NCBI GenBank assembly: GCA_028534125.1
Contig: CM052817.1
Coordinates: forward strand, 30,506,001-30,570,000
Length of the DNA: 64,000 bases
Source of the DNA: Lama glama
Taxonomy: Eukaryota
Direction: 5' to 3'
The notes beneath the pieces were generated by a model. The model was not told the origin of the DNA and did no database searches. It saw nothing but the letters and a program-made list of their open reading frames with translations. Position numbers and translations under genes: made by a program. Shown one piece after another: positions 27,200-41,257 of the stretch (positions are counted from its first letter, which is position 1; every line of letters starts with the position of its first letter).

Positions 27200-30160
27200 A
27201 TGGTGTATCAGAGCACAAATGAGATGAGGGGGTGTCTACAGAGGAAGTCTCCCTGGGACAGAGTGTCAGAGTCTAATCTGGGTGAGAAGAGCTTCCTCAT
27301 GGAAGACCAACCTGGAGTTGGGGAAGCATCCCAGCAAGAGAGAAGAGGAGGAGCCCAGCATAGCTGCTCAGAACCAGAGTGAGCTATGATTCCTTTGGAA
27401 AGAAGCCTGATGTGAAATGTCAGCACCTAAGCTAGATGAGGAGGGCACGGTTCATGGGCATGGCCTCGTATTAGCTGTCATAGCACCAGCAAGATGAGAA
27501 AGATCTCCATGCATTTTGGTTGATCCAGTGGGGAGAACCAGGAGCCCAAATGCAGTGAGGAGGATACTTATAAGTGAGGGCAGGCTAGCACTGGATTTCA
27601 GAGTCTAACTGGGGCGAGGAACTCATCTCAGCGGAGAGTGACAGGATGGGGCATAGGATCCCAAGTGGAGTGAAGAGGACATCAACACATGGGAGTCAGA
27701 TTTGGAACAGGTGAGAAGTGCATTTGAGTGTGGGAGGAGTTTGAAGGGAAGATAGGTGATTGGTATATTAAAGATAATATATTTCCTGGGAGAAACCAGG
27801 AAACAGGTTTTTCAGAATCAGAGATGAGAGTTAAACATATGCAAAAGGAGAAAACTGAAATAAATTCTGTGGTTTTGGACAGGTATTGGTTGTACTAAAA
27901 ACTCATGGTTTTCACTATAGAGAAAGAAATAATTATTGATATAAATGTGTGTGTGTGTTGTATGTGTGTTATACAAGTCTGTATTCCCTACATCAATCCA
28001 CTGTAAATCCTGGAAGTACTGACACTCCAAAAGCAATCAGTAGTACACTTAACCTTTGAGTCTTAGCTTCTACCATTCCCCACTAAAAGGAAATCACGCT
28101 ACTTGGAGAAATGGCTGGAGACACAGAAAGTGCAAATCAAGCTACACATATCCAATATGGATATTAAAATAATATAAGGAACTCATGTAACTTAACAGCC
28201 AAATAAAAGCAATTTAATAAATGGGCAAAGGACCTAAATAGACATTTTTCCAAAGAAGACATACAAATGGCCAACAGGTATGTGAAAAGGTGCTCAGCAT
28301 CACTAATCATTAGAGAAAAGCAAATCAAAACCACAATGAGCTATCACTTCAAACCTGTTAGGATGGCTACTATCAGAATCAAAAGATAAGTGTGGCAAGG
28401 ATGTAGAGAAAAGGGAACTCTTGTACACTGTCAGTGGGAATGTAATTTTGTATAGTCGTATGGAAAACAGTATTAAGCTTCCTCAAAAAATTAAAAATAG
28501 AACTACCCTATGAGCTAGCAATTCCGTTTCTGGGTATAAATCCAAAGGAGATAAAATCAATATCTCAAGAGATATCTGCACTCTCATGTTCACTGCAGCA
28601 TCATTCACAATAGCCAAGACATGAAAACGACATGTCTGTCAATAGGTGAATGGATAATAAAAGTCATATATTTAAACCAAATTTTCTTTATCTTATTCAT
28701 ATATCTATATCTATATAGCTTATACATATAATATATAAATATATTGTATAATACATATTTATATAAGTACATGTTAGTTATATATATAATATATAAATAT
28801 AAAAATATACGTATACAATGGGATATTATTCAGCCATAAAAAGTAGGAAATCCTGCCATTTGTGACAACATAGATGAACCTTGAGGAAATTATGCTAAGT
28901 GAAACAAGTCAGATACAGAACAAGGAATACTGCATGATCTCACTTATATGCAGAATCTAAATAAGTCAAATCCATAGAAACAGGGACTAGGAGTGATTAG
29001 CAGGGCCTGGGGGTTGGGGGAAATGGGGAGATGTTGGCCAAAAGGTATAGACTTTCAGTTTTAAGATGAATAAGTTCAGAATGGTGACTATAGTCAATAA
29101 TAATACATTGTATACACAAAATTTGCTAAGAGAGTAGATCTTAAGTCTTCTCACCACACATACACACACACAAAAAAATTAACTATGAAGTGATGGATAT
29201 ATTAATTAGCTTGACTGTGGTAATCACTTCCTAACACATACATATATCAAATCATTGCATTGTACACTTTAAATAAACACAATTTTTATTTGTCAATCAT
29301 ATTTCAATAAAGCTGGAAAAAATTTAAAAGATAAGCCACAAAGTAAAGAAGTGTTTAAATAATGGGACATACACTAAGAATTCAGAAGCCAGCTTAAGTG
29401 GGCTACTGCTTGACAAATTGGGAACAATTTGAGTACAAAAATATAATAGAAAGTCTCTAGTTTATATACATAAAAATTAACAAAATTAACAGATTCACGA
29501 GGAACAGGATATTTATACAATTCCAAAGTTACTTCCCTCAAAATGTTTACAAATTATAACAGGGAAAAGAGATTCTTTACAGTGAAGGAATCTAGCAGAC
29601 ACCATGTTAATCTAGCAATCACAGTGAATATCCTGAGTAATGGGGCAAATTGAAATCACACACCACCTAATAGGATGTAATGAAAAGAAGAAAGCATTCT
29701 TTCTGTGGTTTCCTGACAAAGATGCCTAATATGAGTGTAATCATGAGGAAACATCAGACAAACGCATATTGAGTGAACATTCTGCAAAATAACTAGCCTG
29801 TAGCCTTCAAAAATGTCATGAAAGTCAAAGAAAAAAATCATGGAAATGTTCCAGGCTGAAGAAGTCAAAAGAGATATAACTAAATACAATATGAGATTTT
29901 TAGCTGGAACTTTTTGCTGGATGCATTTAGGGTAATGCACAAAACTTGAATGGAATCTGGGCCTTTCTGAAGTATCAGAGTTGATTTCTTGATTTTGAAG
30001 ATGGTATTGTGATTATGTGGGAGAATGTTCTTTTTTGTAGGGTTTAAACACTAAAGTAGTTGGGAATGATAGAGAATCAAATTAGTAACTTACAAACGGT
30101 TCGGGGGAGGAAAACACTCTTTGTATTGTGCTTCCAATTTTTCTGTAATTTTGAAAGGCT
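27200..30160 (+). mobile_element. L1MD/L1MC-type 3' UTR interrupted by a younger L1
   Basis: GC-rich subrepeats (cccaagtggagtgaagaggacatc), then taccattccccactaaaaggaa...cttggagaaatggctg; resumes ~29330 with gggaacaatttgagtacaaaa and aatcatgaggaaacatcagacaaac...cattctgcaaaataactagcctgta. Confidence 0.7.
28145..29325 (+). mobile_element. L1MA-type (L1MA9-like) 3' end
   Basis: aaatgggcaaaggacctaaatagacatttttccaaagaagacatacaaatggccaacagg ... aatttgctaagagagtagatcttaag ... aataaagctggaaaaa. Confidence 0.9.
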
Positions 30161-31934
30161 ATAAGAAAATTATTAACAATAGATACTTTTAAAATTATTA
30201 AAATATGTTCATGTAAACCCACATTTGAAATAAACTAGAGCAGGAAAAGTTGATACAAGTACCAAAAAGGAGTGTGTAGTTTCATCTGTCCTGAAAACAT
30301 AGCTGACATTTTGTTTGTACTCTGAAAAGTCACTATACTAATTAGTGCTAAATACAACTGATATTAGTAAAAATTTGGTTGCCCCAAATCTATTTCTTAA
30401 AAATCATCTCAGAAAGGCAGTTAGCATAGCCTGGTAATAACTGGCTGAATTTCAAATATGGTGGAACAATTTTGTCTTTGACAACCAGAAAAGTCATAAA
30501 ATAATTTTTAAATAAGTGAAATACCATAAAAATACACATTCTTGATCTAACAAGAAATATTAGAAAAAAATAGTGAAGTTCAAAAATTTGAGCCAGCAAC
30601 CAGATATATCTCTTAACAGAGATTCCACTCCTACTGCACAGAAAGAAAGTTTCTCTCCTCTCCTTCCAGTATCATGGGCATTATTGATCAAGAGATGTTC
30701 TGAAGAAGTGGCTGGTGCAATTGATTGAAAGCTTTGCAAAATATATATATATATACATATATCTGAAAGTCCTAGAATTTTAGATTCATGTATCCCAAGA
30801 TAACAAAAATATCTTTGACAAGCAAAGTTCTCTTCTTTCTAAACTCTTTGTATGTTATAAATAACACCTATGTGAGAACAGATCTCTTACCCCAAATCAC
30901 TCTTAAAAAAAAAAAAAAGGATTCCTAGCTTACTTGGCTTTTATTCACCACTACTCCTGCCACAACTCATAGACAAAAGAGACTTAGGGATAACAAAGAT
31001 CGATTTCTTTCCTCAACTCAACCTGTATGTGGTCTAGATGACACTATAAATTCTGCCAATGGATAAATAAATCTCATAAATTACTCTGAACCATGAACCA
31101 TTCTAATGGGTCCAACTGAACCTAGGTTGTAATTCAACTTTTAGTTTAGTAAACTTTTACATTAACATCTCATGAGGAGTCCTGACAAAGATAGACGGCC
31201 TGGGGCTTCTAATTCCTTTGCTTTTACAGCACAGCTTGAGCAGGACATCCGGTAAGCTGAAGTTTTTTCAGTGTAACATGCAAATTTGCAAAGGCCCAGA
31301 GAATATTAGGTAAAGCCTAAAAGAAAGCAATCCTTTGAATGCCTTTTGATGCAGAGGCCTGCAGAGAAGAGCAGGAATCAAATAGTAGACCCTGTCCATT
31401 TCCTTGAACAGTCACATAGCCCTGGTTCTTAACCCTTTTTCTGTCTGCAACCATTATTATTGTATACCTGTACTATTCCTTACTGCCTGTGATAAATTTT
31501 GCAATGGATAAGAGACATTTTAAAAATATCCTTCATTTGGGCATTTGGGTAGCTTATACTGAAAGTTATAATTTTATAAAAAATAATGTCAGTTTCATCT
31601 TAATTTTTGATAGGCAATGGAAATAAAAATCTCTACATTAGAATTTTGGTAAAAAAAAAAAGAACACCAAGATGCATTATATTTTCATATTCTCAGTTGA
31701 ATCCTAGGTAAGGCTAGGACTAATTATCCTGAGTATAATTAAATTGATATCACATCTGGATTAAAATTTTTAATTCTAGAAGAAAATCACTCTGATTTGG
31801 TCCTTTCAGAATCCCTTAACTTTACACATTTTTTACACTGAACTTTTCTCTAAAACTAATTCTTATCTACCAATTTATAAAATATTAAACATTTACCTGC
31901 ATCGCCTGAATCAGTTTAAAATTCTTGCAGGGTC

Positions 31935-32268
31935 TATATTAGCCCATTTGGGTTGCTACAACAGAACACTATAAACTAGGTGGTTTATAAATAATGAACA
32001 TTTGTTTTTCACAGTTCTGAAGGCTGGAAGTCCAAGACCAGGGTGCCAGTGTAGTTTGCAAAGGGTTCCCTTCCTGATCACATATGGTGGAAGGACCTAG
32101 GGAGCTCTGTGGAGTCTCTTTTATAAAAGCACTAATCTCATTCATGAAGGCTCCACCATCATGACCTTAGCACCCCACTAAGGGGGCCCACCTCACAATA
32201 CCTTAACATCAGGCACTAGGATTTCAACATATGAATGTGGAGGGGACACAAACATTCAGACCATAGCC
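31935..32268 (-). mobile_element. MaLR solo LTR (MLT1A0-like)
   Basis: cacagttctgaaggctggaagtccaagaccagggtgcc ... ggggacacaaacattcagaccatagc; near-perfect 5-bp TSD gggtc/aggtc. Confidence 0.85.
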
Positions 32269-35200
32269 AGGTCTCAAAATTTAAATCTGCTTTCAGAATA
32301 AAATTTCCAGTATTATCTTCTTTCTTCTCCCTTTATCATACTGGGACAGGATTATAACTAGTATGGAGAGTTTTCTAACCCCTGTCCTTCATAAGTATAA
32401 AAAGACAATTTCAATGTTATGCAGAAGAAATCAGAAGAGCTGGGTCTGAGTCTTCATTTTTCATAACATACTACTGGATAAATTATATAATATCTTGTCC
32501 CCAAATATTTCTAGGTATTGTTATTCCCATTTTAGAAACTGAGAAACCAGAAGCTCCAAAAGGTTAATGACTCGCGCAGGGTCAGACAGCTAGCAAAAGG
32601 AGTCATGATTCAAAACCATATCTGCCTGTCTTAAATATCTGTGTGTGGGTTTTTAAAAAAATTTCTGTTCTATAATGACATCCTTAATTATTCTGCTTAA
32701 TAGAAGGTTCTAATCTAAGTTATTTCCATTTTTGAAGTAATAGAATACATTCTGTTCAGCTATGCCTCCATGTTTGATATCAGATATTAGGATAAATATA
32801 AAGATGAATAAGATACGACTCTTTTCTTCAACAAATTTACAATCTAGAATAAAAACACCAAAATTGTCCTTTATGGTATAGGAAAGACATTGTCTTTTTT
32901 TTTTTTTTAACTTATCTTTGACATTTAAAACTTCCACTGGAGGTGGAACTTGTAATATACAAGAAGGCAATGAATTGTTAGAGAAATTTGGTTTCGGGTC
33001 ATATGTTTTCATCATTGGCTCAGTCACATAGAAAAAGCACTCAAAGGTTACCTAAATGAGGCTTTTCCTAAATAGGGTTTCCAGGTCAAGAGATTTCTTT
33101 CTCATGTTGGAATAAATGTATTGAATCAACTACTGGAATTTTCTCCATGCAGACAATGTCTCAGTGTCTGTAATCACATGGTAAGATAAGATTTTCAAAG
33201 AATAGGAGTGAAAAGTAAAAATTTAGGGACAAAGAAAGACTTATTACCTAGAATGAGAATCTGCACTTGTCCCAGTGGCCACAGAAAAATTTCCAAAGAC
33301 ACCTGACTTCAGGTGAGCCTCGGGGTGGGAACTAGTGTAAGTTGTAGGGACTGGCTTAAAAATGACTCGTGTGCCAGATTCCTTGTTGGAAAATGCATTA
33401 TAAAAAGATGTTTACTCCAGAACAATGTGAAGAAAACAACTGTGAAGACTATAAACAGATTTATTCTCACACAAACATAATTATTAGTCCTTGGTATCAG
33501 TATATATTAATCATAATTATTCACTAATTTGTATATTGTGATAAATATAAGCACAGAAATGCAATTTATTTTAAAAGAATCCAATGCAGATAGTAAATTT
33601 AGTTATTGCAAAGGAGCCCAGATTTATAAATTAAAATGTCAAGATATAAACTAAAACAAAAATGAAATAAAAGGGAAGAAAAAATAACTAAAAATGAAAT
33701 TATCTCTCAAACAGGAATAGACAGCATACCAGAAGCTATTTTCAGCCTTTCAGAAAACAAATTGGTGAAACCAAAGTTCAATATGAGGAAATGGTTTTTC
33801 ACAGATTTAAGGAACACCTGATTAAAAGAAAAAGAAAACCCCTCTGTGTACATGAAGGAGTCCACCTACTGGACAGACCTGTTAATTGGTGTGGAAAAAA
33901 ATTATAAGCAGGTGTTTTATACTCTAGGCAGAAATCTTCTCAGCAACATGAAAATGTAATTGGCTTTTTAAAAAAAACAATTAGCATTACAACTCTAATA
34001 AGAGGCAGGAGTCATTAAGTGTACCTCAGTTTAGGAGGATTTAATACAAATCAAACCAAAAGGGAAGGAGGAGGATGGGAGAGACAGAGGGAGGGAAGGA
34101 GTGAATCTCACCTCTTCTTTCTAGAATCTTTGTTTCATTTTATTCATGTTTTGCTGAGAAGCACTGGGTAGATTTTCATGGGAATTTCCAAAGAAAGGTA
34201 ATATGTCCTCCTAGCTCAAGGGTATTAGCAAAAACAAAAAAGAAAAAAGAGAAAAAGAAAAAGCAAATGCACTCATTTAAGAAACAACATTTCATTCTGG
34301 CCTCAGCCAGTTTGACATCTGTGAGAAGAGGCTGCCTTACGTCCTTCATCTATATACTGCCTACTACCTAGGGTTCAGAGGTTTCATCTAAGATCATGTA
34401 TGCAGACCTACTTTACAAGGTTAAGTATCTCAGACAGATATAAGACAATCAAGTCTTGTTTGACAATTCATATCAAGCAGGCGAGCAGTCTTACTACCTA
34501 ACTCTTCCCTAATCGCCTCATTCGAGCAGAGTTAGCCTCTGCACCCTCAAGGCTGTTTGGAGAATTAAAACAAAAGCAGGACTTGGCCTGGTCCGGGGAT
34601 TCCTTTGCCAACTCCTGGACATGCTTCACTCCTACCTGGAACTATTAATCAGGCCAGAACCAGTAGGCTTCCAACCCCTGCTAAAGGCATCGATGTTCCA
34701 AAACGGAAGGCCTGCTTGCTGTGCTGACACCACTTTTAATGACTTTTGAGTTGTGTGGAGAACAACATTTCACAGTGACGATCAGAACTTCCCTGATAAG
34801 CAGTAACTCACATGCTGGGTACTGTGTATTTGGAGCACAATGGGAGCAGCAAAGTGGTGTCCCTTAGAAGGGGCCACAATGACTCATCGCTTCCCTTTGA
34901 GGCAAAGACTTTGGTATCACAGAGGGGTGCCTTCAGGTATTAGACATTGCGTTTCACCAAGACTTCAATGAATTCTTTAAGGATTATAGGAAATGAGCAG
35001 CAATTAAAACCTGGTCTATTTCCAGTTTGTTAATGCCAATTTATGAATTTAAGTGTTTTTAAAAATTACAGATTTGATTCAAGCCACAAAAGTAATACAT
35101 AACAAGTCAAATAACAGTGATGGACAGGTTACTAAATTTCTAAAGATGACAGATTACTACACCTTTTCTTGAATGATTATACTGTAATGATGAGTCTTCC

Positions 35201-36599
35201 TATTCGCTTCTTGACTATACTTCCTCCAATTCCCAATTTTATCCCTTCTCTTAATCTCCATCCTAGCTACCACTACCACCACAAAGCAAGCACCAAAAGA
35301 TATTTAAGTCAAGCAGACAGCTACTGCTCTGCACTTTCTAGTGTTCCTATAATGATCATATATTAATTAATTAAACAAACCCAAGGAGAAAGAGCTATTT
35401 GGTAGAACTAGTTAAGCCACCCTGTTAAGTCTCCACACTTTCACCATCCACTATGCTATTATCTGCATTCTCTCTGGCTCAGACTCTCTTCTTTGTTAGG
35501 TCTGGCCTTGGATCTAGACGTCTGGTCCTATTAGAGACCTGCCGCCACCTGCTCCCTGGATTTTGTTCTGTCACAAACAGTTGTAGTATTCAACTCTTCC
35601 CTGGATCCACCAGGCCTGCCGCCACAGTACTCACTACTTGACTCCTTCAGGTCGGGGACTCTCTCACATACTTCACTCTCTTGTTTTCACTGACTGAATT
35701 CTGTTTTACAGTATTACTGTGATGTGTCTTAGCAGCCTGCCATGGGCACTACCTCTCAGAGGCAGAGAGACTAGACAGATAGGACAAAATGTCTAACGTA
35801 CATTCAGCACAGGATGATGGCAACATGGAGAGTGAAGTCTAACTTCATGTGAAAGGAATGCCTTCTGAGGAATAGTTCACAATGAGGACAGAGAGTCAAA
35901 CTCCCTCACATTTTTATTAAGATTATTAGGATAGGAACAAACGGCTATGAAGAAAAAATAGTGCTCAAAAGTATTGGCTTACCCCAACTGTGTAAATCTG
36001 CACATGCACACACATGTATTAAAATAAAACTAATAAAAAATGCATCAAAATTAGCAACGGTTGTTTCTGAGGAGCGGAATTTTGAATAATTACTTTTCTG
36101 CTTTTTTCTACAATTCTTTTTCCAATGTTTCCTCATTATTCTAGTCTATGTTACTTTTATTATAAGGGAAAAAATGATTTATACAAAGGAGTAAGTGCCA
36201 GAAGCATGAATGCTATGAAATTCACCTAAGCTCTGACACCTCTAACCAGCACGGCCAGCTGAGCCCCACTCCGGAAATTTAGATCCAGCTGAAGGTGGTG
36301 GGACAGCAGACTTAAGCCCCTACTAAGTAGAATCTGGAATGAGTCCTGAAGCTTTACGTTACTTGGCTGTGTCTGAGCAGAAATGTAGCCTAAGTCTAGG
36401 CCTTCCTTAGTAAATGCTGTGTTTCCATAATCACAAGCATTTGGCTTCTGTTCCAGAACAGATTAGCTACTAAAGCCAGGTCTGGCAGCTGGCTGGGAAC
36501 TATAATGGATTTGACTATTGATATCCTCCCTTTAGCTGTCCCAGCAGAAAGGATGCTGCTCTAAAGCAAATGGTGCCCCTACAACATTAATGATGCCAC

Positions 36600-37718
36600 A
36601 TTCATTCACTGCCTAAATATTTACTCAATGTCTACACTATGCCAGGGCATTGACTCTGGGCTTGTCAAAGAAGACAAATCAGACCACGTCTCCTTCCACG
36701 TAGATCTTACATTCTACTGGGAGATGTAGGCAATAAAGAAAGATGTAAATAAAAAATAAAGCAGGGAAATGGTACTGCTTTGAGCAGGACAGGCCGTGAA
36801 ATTTTCTCTGACAAGCTGAAAAAGACTGAAATGAATAAAAGAGCAAACCACATGGACATTGGATGAAGATCATTCTGGAAAGAGGGAACAGCAAGCGCAA
36901 AGACTCTGAGGTAAAGTCCTTCCAGCACGGAGCAACGGAGCAGATAGAGAACAGCACGTAAGGGTAGAAACTAGTGAGTCTGGAGGCAGATAATGTAAAG
37001 CCTTTGGGCCAGAATAAGGATTTTTTATTTAATAGAGTGTGACAGGAATGCATGTGAGGGTGTTACGCAGAGGGTAATAGCGTATTTACATTTTAAATGG
37101 ATCATTCTGGCTATGTATGAAGTATAGCTAAGTGGAGACAAAAGGAGACACAAGGGGTGGGAGAATAAAGTACGCGTCCAGGCTACAGATGATGGTGGCC
37201 TGAATGAAGGAGGTAATGATAGAGATGGAGAGGTGGTCAAATTTAAAATAAATTTCAAAGGGATAGAACCAACAGTTTTGCTGCTGTGGGATACGAAATG
37301 AAGAGTGATGTCAAGGGTGATACCAAAATGTTTGACCTGAGCAACTAGATGTTATCATTTACTTGAAGGGAAACACCATGGGAGAAATGGACTCGGTAGG
37401 AAAAAAAAAATCAAGGATTCAAGTTTGGATATGTTAGGTTTAAGCAGACAGTTGGATATGGGTCTGAAGTTCAGGGGAAGGATTTAGGCCAGAGATAGAA
37501 CCTGAGGAGCCTTCAGTGTCAGGATGGTAATTAAAAGATCACCTAGAGAGGGAATGTTTCTAAAGAAGAGATGAGGTCCAGGGACAGAGTCCTGGAACAT
37601 TTCAATATTTAAAGTTAGAAGAGGAAGAGGAGCCAACAGAGAGGGTTGAAAGGGAGCAGCAATGAGACAAGGAAGAAATCAGGAGAAAGATGCCCCCAGA
37701 GCCAACTGAACAAAGTGT
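36600..37718 (-). mobile_element. L2 (3' ~1.1 kb)
   Basis: Begins ttcattcact...aaatatttactcaatgtctacactatgccagg (L2 3' end, reversed); ttttaaatggatcattctggct; gtcaagggtgataccaaaatgtttgacctgagcaactagatg. Confidence 0.8.
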
Positions 37719-37736
37719 CTAGGGGGATGCACTTTG

Positions 37737-37867
37737 CTTTTTTTGTTAATTTTTTTGTGGGGGAGGTTATTATGATTATTTATTTATTTTAATGGAAGTA
37801 CTAGGGATTGATCCAGGATCTTGTACATGCTAAGCACACGCACTACCATTAAGCTATACCCTCCCGC
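37737..37867 (-). mobile_element. Camelid tRNA-derived SINE (Vic-1-like)
   Basis: Minus strand: gggagggtatagcttaatggtagtgcgtgtgcttagcatgtacaagatcctggatcaatccctagtacttccattaaaataaataaataatc...acctcccccacaaaaaaa. tRNA A/B boxes and A-tail; TSD ctagggggatgcactttg / ctaggaaaatgcactttg (15/18). Confidence 0.9.
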
Positions 37868-39799
37868 CTAGGAAAATGCACTTTGAATGGCACAACTATG
37901 TAAACTTTCCTTATCTCTGATCTCAGAGCCCTGAAGAAAAGACATTAGCTTGTATCAAATTTGTTCTCCCCATACCTTTGAAATCTAGTAGACTAGTGAA
38001 TACTGTGCTTTCCCATTACTGACTAGTTTGTTTAGCCCTGAGCCCACTCTTGCTTCTTCCTCTTCTCCTCCAGCCTGAATTACTAGGGAAGGACACTGGA
38101 TTCAGCACAAGCTGAAGAAACCACAGATTTTTCAGAATAACACATCCTGAAAGCCAAGCTTGATTGTGAGCATTGTAAAATCAAATTAAATTGCAGGCAT
38201 GTTATTCTGATGCAGTGAAGAGAAAACGAATCTCAGATGTAAGTAGGTTTCTTTTGTTCCAGCTCTGTGCCAACAGACCTCTTATGTATTCGTTTATTTC
38301 CTTACTCTTTCACCCTATTCAGTTAAATTTATTTTTAGCTATTGCTGGGCATCCTTCAGGAGAGGCAAATACTAAGGACTATAATCGAGTATAACCCAAA
38401 GGTTCCAAAGAACAGCCTACTTAATGCATCAGTGTCAAAGGAAAGAACACCTTTCCTCCCAGCAGGGTCAAGGACTCCCTCTTGCTAACTCCAGTAGCCT
38501 GTGAGTCTCTCTGACTTTGACATTAACTACAGGGACTACTGATATTGCTGTTATAGATTATAATATAGCCTAAAGAAAAACAAAGCAGTATCACACATGC
38601 TATTGAACTTCATCAGTATGTTTTGTAATATTAGTGGGATAAGTCTATCAAGAATGTCACATGAGTTAATATAGGTAAACAGTATAAGTGGGAATCTTTT
38701 AAATCACTGTCATGTATCATCATTTCTATTATCCTTGATGGAACTTAGGATGAATCTTAAAAGAGGTGTTTATTGGCTTGGCCATGATACAGGAACTAAG
38801 GCCCACAAGGACATGCATTCCTTGCATAGGAATTACTTTGGGGACTTGCCATCCATTTATATGGAAGGTAGAGCTTAGTGCACTTGAAGAGGTGATTTAC
38901 TCAATAGTGCCTGACTCATCCCAAACTTTGCCCTTCTTCCTCATATCAATTATCATTATTAGAAAAAAAAATGACTCCTTAGAAGGAGAGAAATCAAAGA
39001 ACCAGAATAGGTCATTGTATTCCCAGACCACAAGTTATTTTGGTACAGTTTTCTTATTGTTGTTGTGGAAAAATTTTTATGGACGAATATGGTTGGTGAA
39101 TGCCTAGTTAAATTTTATTTTTCTGAATTTTGTTGTATTTGCCATTTTTAATGTGTAATTATAAATATAAATATCTACACATAAATGTACAGAGTTTTGT
39201 ATTTTTCAAAAAAGAGCTCCCCAAATTGCATAAGCTTCAATCTGCACCAAAACCTTATCTCCTTGAGGTAAAAGTATTCGTTAAAATCACATAGCTGGAG
39301 AACAATGCAAAGTGCATTTGAAGCTAGGGCTGCTTGGCCTCAAAGAACCACCTACATCATTCAAACATCAGTGTGAACGAATTTCATCTCCTCTTGAGAA
39401 CAAATAATTTTGGAGGGGAAAGAAAGTCAATGAGGCTTCTAGAGAAAGAGATAATACTAGGAACATAAGGAGGAGTCTAGAGGCAGCTCAAGTTAAACTA
39501 CTCCTACTTCAAAATTTTGCCTAGACTTGTGCCATTGGCCTCCTGTTATAGGGCTGGCTAAAAAGAATTATTTATTGAATGTATATGAGTATGAACTTTT
39601 ATTTTGTCCTTACTCACGCATTTCTGTAAATTTGACTATGGTTTCACAATCGACATGCCCATGAGATTGTCTTAAGGGGAAAAAGAAAAATCTACGGTAC
39701 GCCTTTTGTTTATGGAAATCTCTATCTCAGAGGTACTAACCTACTTTTATTTTTGGATGCCTTTTATCATTGTGGTGGTTGTGCTATTGGTAAACGTAC

Positions 39800-40063
39800 C
39801 CAGTGGCAATTTCATGACTTGCATACCCAATAAATGCAATAAATAATTAAAGCTAGTGTTAAGCAGGCTAACAAATCTACAGGATTGTTTCCTAAAATAA
39901 TTACACTAGTAATATAAAAAAGTTACGGCAAGCAGACAGGCGAGGCAATCATATCTGAGATTTGATCATTCTTCTGAGATTCACAGCAGCTCTGCTATTA
40001 CAGATAGTGGGAAAACCTCCCTTGAGGGACTGTTTTCCTGGTTCATTTTGTATCATGCTAGCA
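39800..40063 (-). other. Candidate 264-nt exon (or 3' part of an alternative first exon) with a 35-aa uORF and a terminal frame MQVMKLPL ending in phase 1
   Basis: Acceptor ttattatttttttttgttgttgttcag|TGCTAGCATG; donor ACTGG|gtacgt; lies in ~1 kb of repeat-free sequence retaining CpGs. Confidence 0.45.
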
Positions 40064-40952
40064 CTGAACAACAACAAAAAAAAATAATAAAAGCACAAGG
40101 TTCTATAATGGGAGTAATCCGCAACACACCTAATACATAGTTTTGGGCAACTGAATATTGTATTTTTTGCCAATAGCAAGCAACAGGTGCCTTTTGCTTT
40201 TATTAATGCAGTTCAGCTGACATGAGCGGACAGAACTGAAAAAGGAGAATGTGCTTTATCATCTGTTGCCGAATTTCAATTTTCTCTTTCAAGTACAGTT
40301 GAATGCATTTTCTTTGCAACCCAAAGACAGAAGATCTTGATTACTGCTGCAAGAATAATCTCAGCATTTGTGTGAAGAAGATAGGGAAAATAAATAATCT
40401 CTCTGGATGATGTGTCAGCTTGTGAACCTACAAAATAAGATATATTCTTGGAGGTAGGGAAATTAAATTAAGGTGAAATGGTAGACCCATTAAAATGACA
40501 ATTGAAGGCTTATTTTGTGGGCCATGGCTGGCTTCCCAATTGTCCTTTGTCCTCAGCCTCACCTCAGGGGCACAGACAACAGAACCAGAAACAAACAGGG
40601 TCAAGACAGGGGCAACTGTCTGGAAATACAGGTCATTCAAGCTGTGCGCCCTGACATGAACTGCTAGCTTTTTTGTAAAATTAAGTTTCCAACTCCCTTC
40701 TCCCTGCCTTCCCCTACCACCATTCGTCTCAGGTCTTTAGACTGAAGAGGAGGTAATATCTCCTCAGATTTCTTCTCATTTTTATCCATGTAAAAAAGAT
40801 TAATTTAACACCAGCTTGGTTGGGATTCTTTCTATAGCAGGAAAATGGTGAGCAGAAAAATACCACTTGGACTTCTGCTAAGAAACAAAGTAGTTATTTG
40901 CCCCCTAGAAGACACTAATTTAGAAAACAGCCTGTTATCATCCCCTCTCAAA

Positions 40953-41257
40953 TGATGAGGTTCAGTCAGTCCACCCCAAAATATGCCACTTTGGCATATT
41001 GATTATTTTGAATTAAAGTTACTTAAAAAACAGCGAGTGCAAGAAAGACATTCTGACTCTCTGTCCCCCTGAAAGCAGGAAATAAATCTCCCATAAGAAA
41101 GGTATGCTCCCTGAACTAGGAGATAGAGAGACACCCTAATCACCACAGATAGGGAATTCAAAGCCAAGAAGGCTATAGAAACAAACCTTGTTTCTACCTA
41201 ATTTCCCACCCCAGGCTCAGACTTCTTTTGTCTTGTCAATTCTTCACAAATTTGTTT
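40953..41257 (+). mobile_element. MER34-like ERV1 solo LTR, 5' part (split by provirus)
   Basis: tgatgaggttcag...ccaccccaaaatatgccactttggcatattgattattttga...cctgaaagcaggaaataaa, characteristic of MER34-group LTRs. Confidence 0.8.

Noticed and set aside
37795..37867. tRNA-like sequence
   Set aside because: SINE head with A-tail and TSD, and a degenerate B box; not a tRNA gene.
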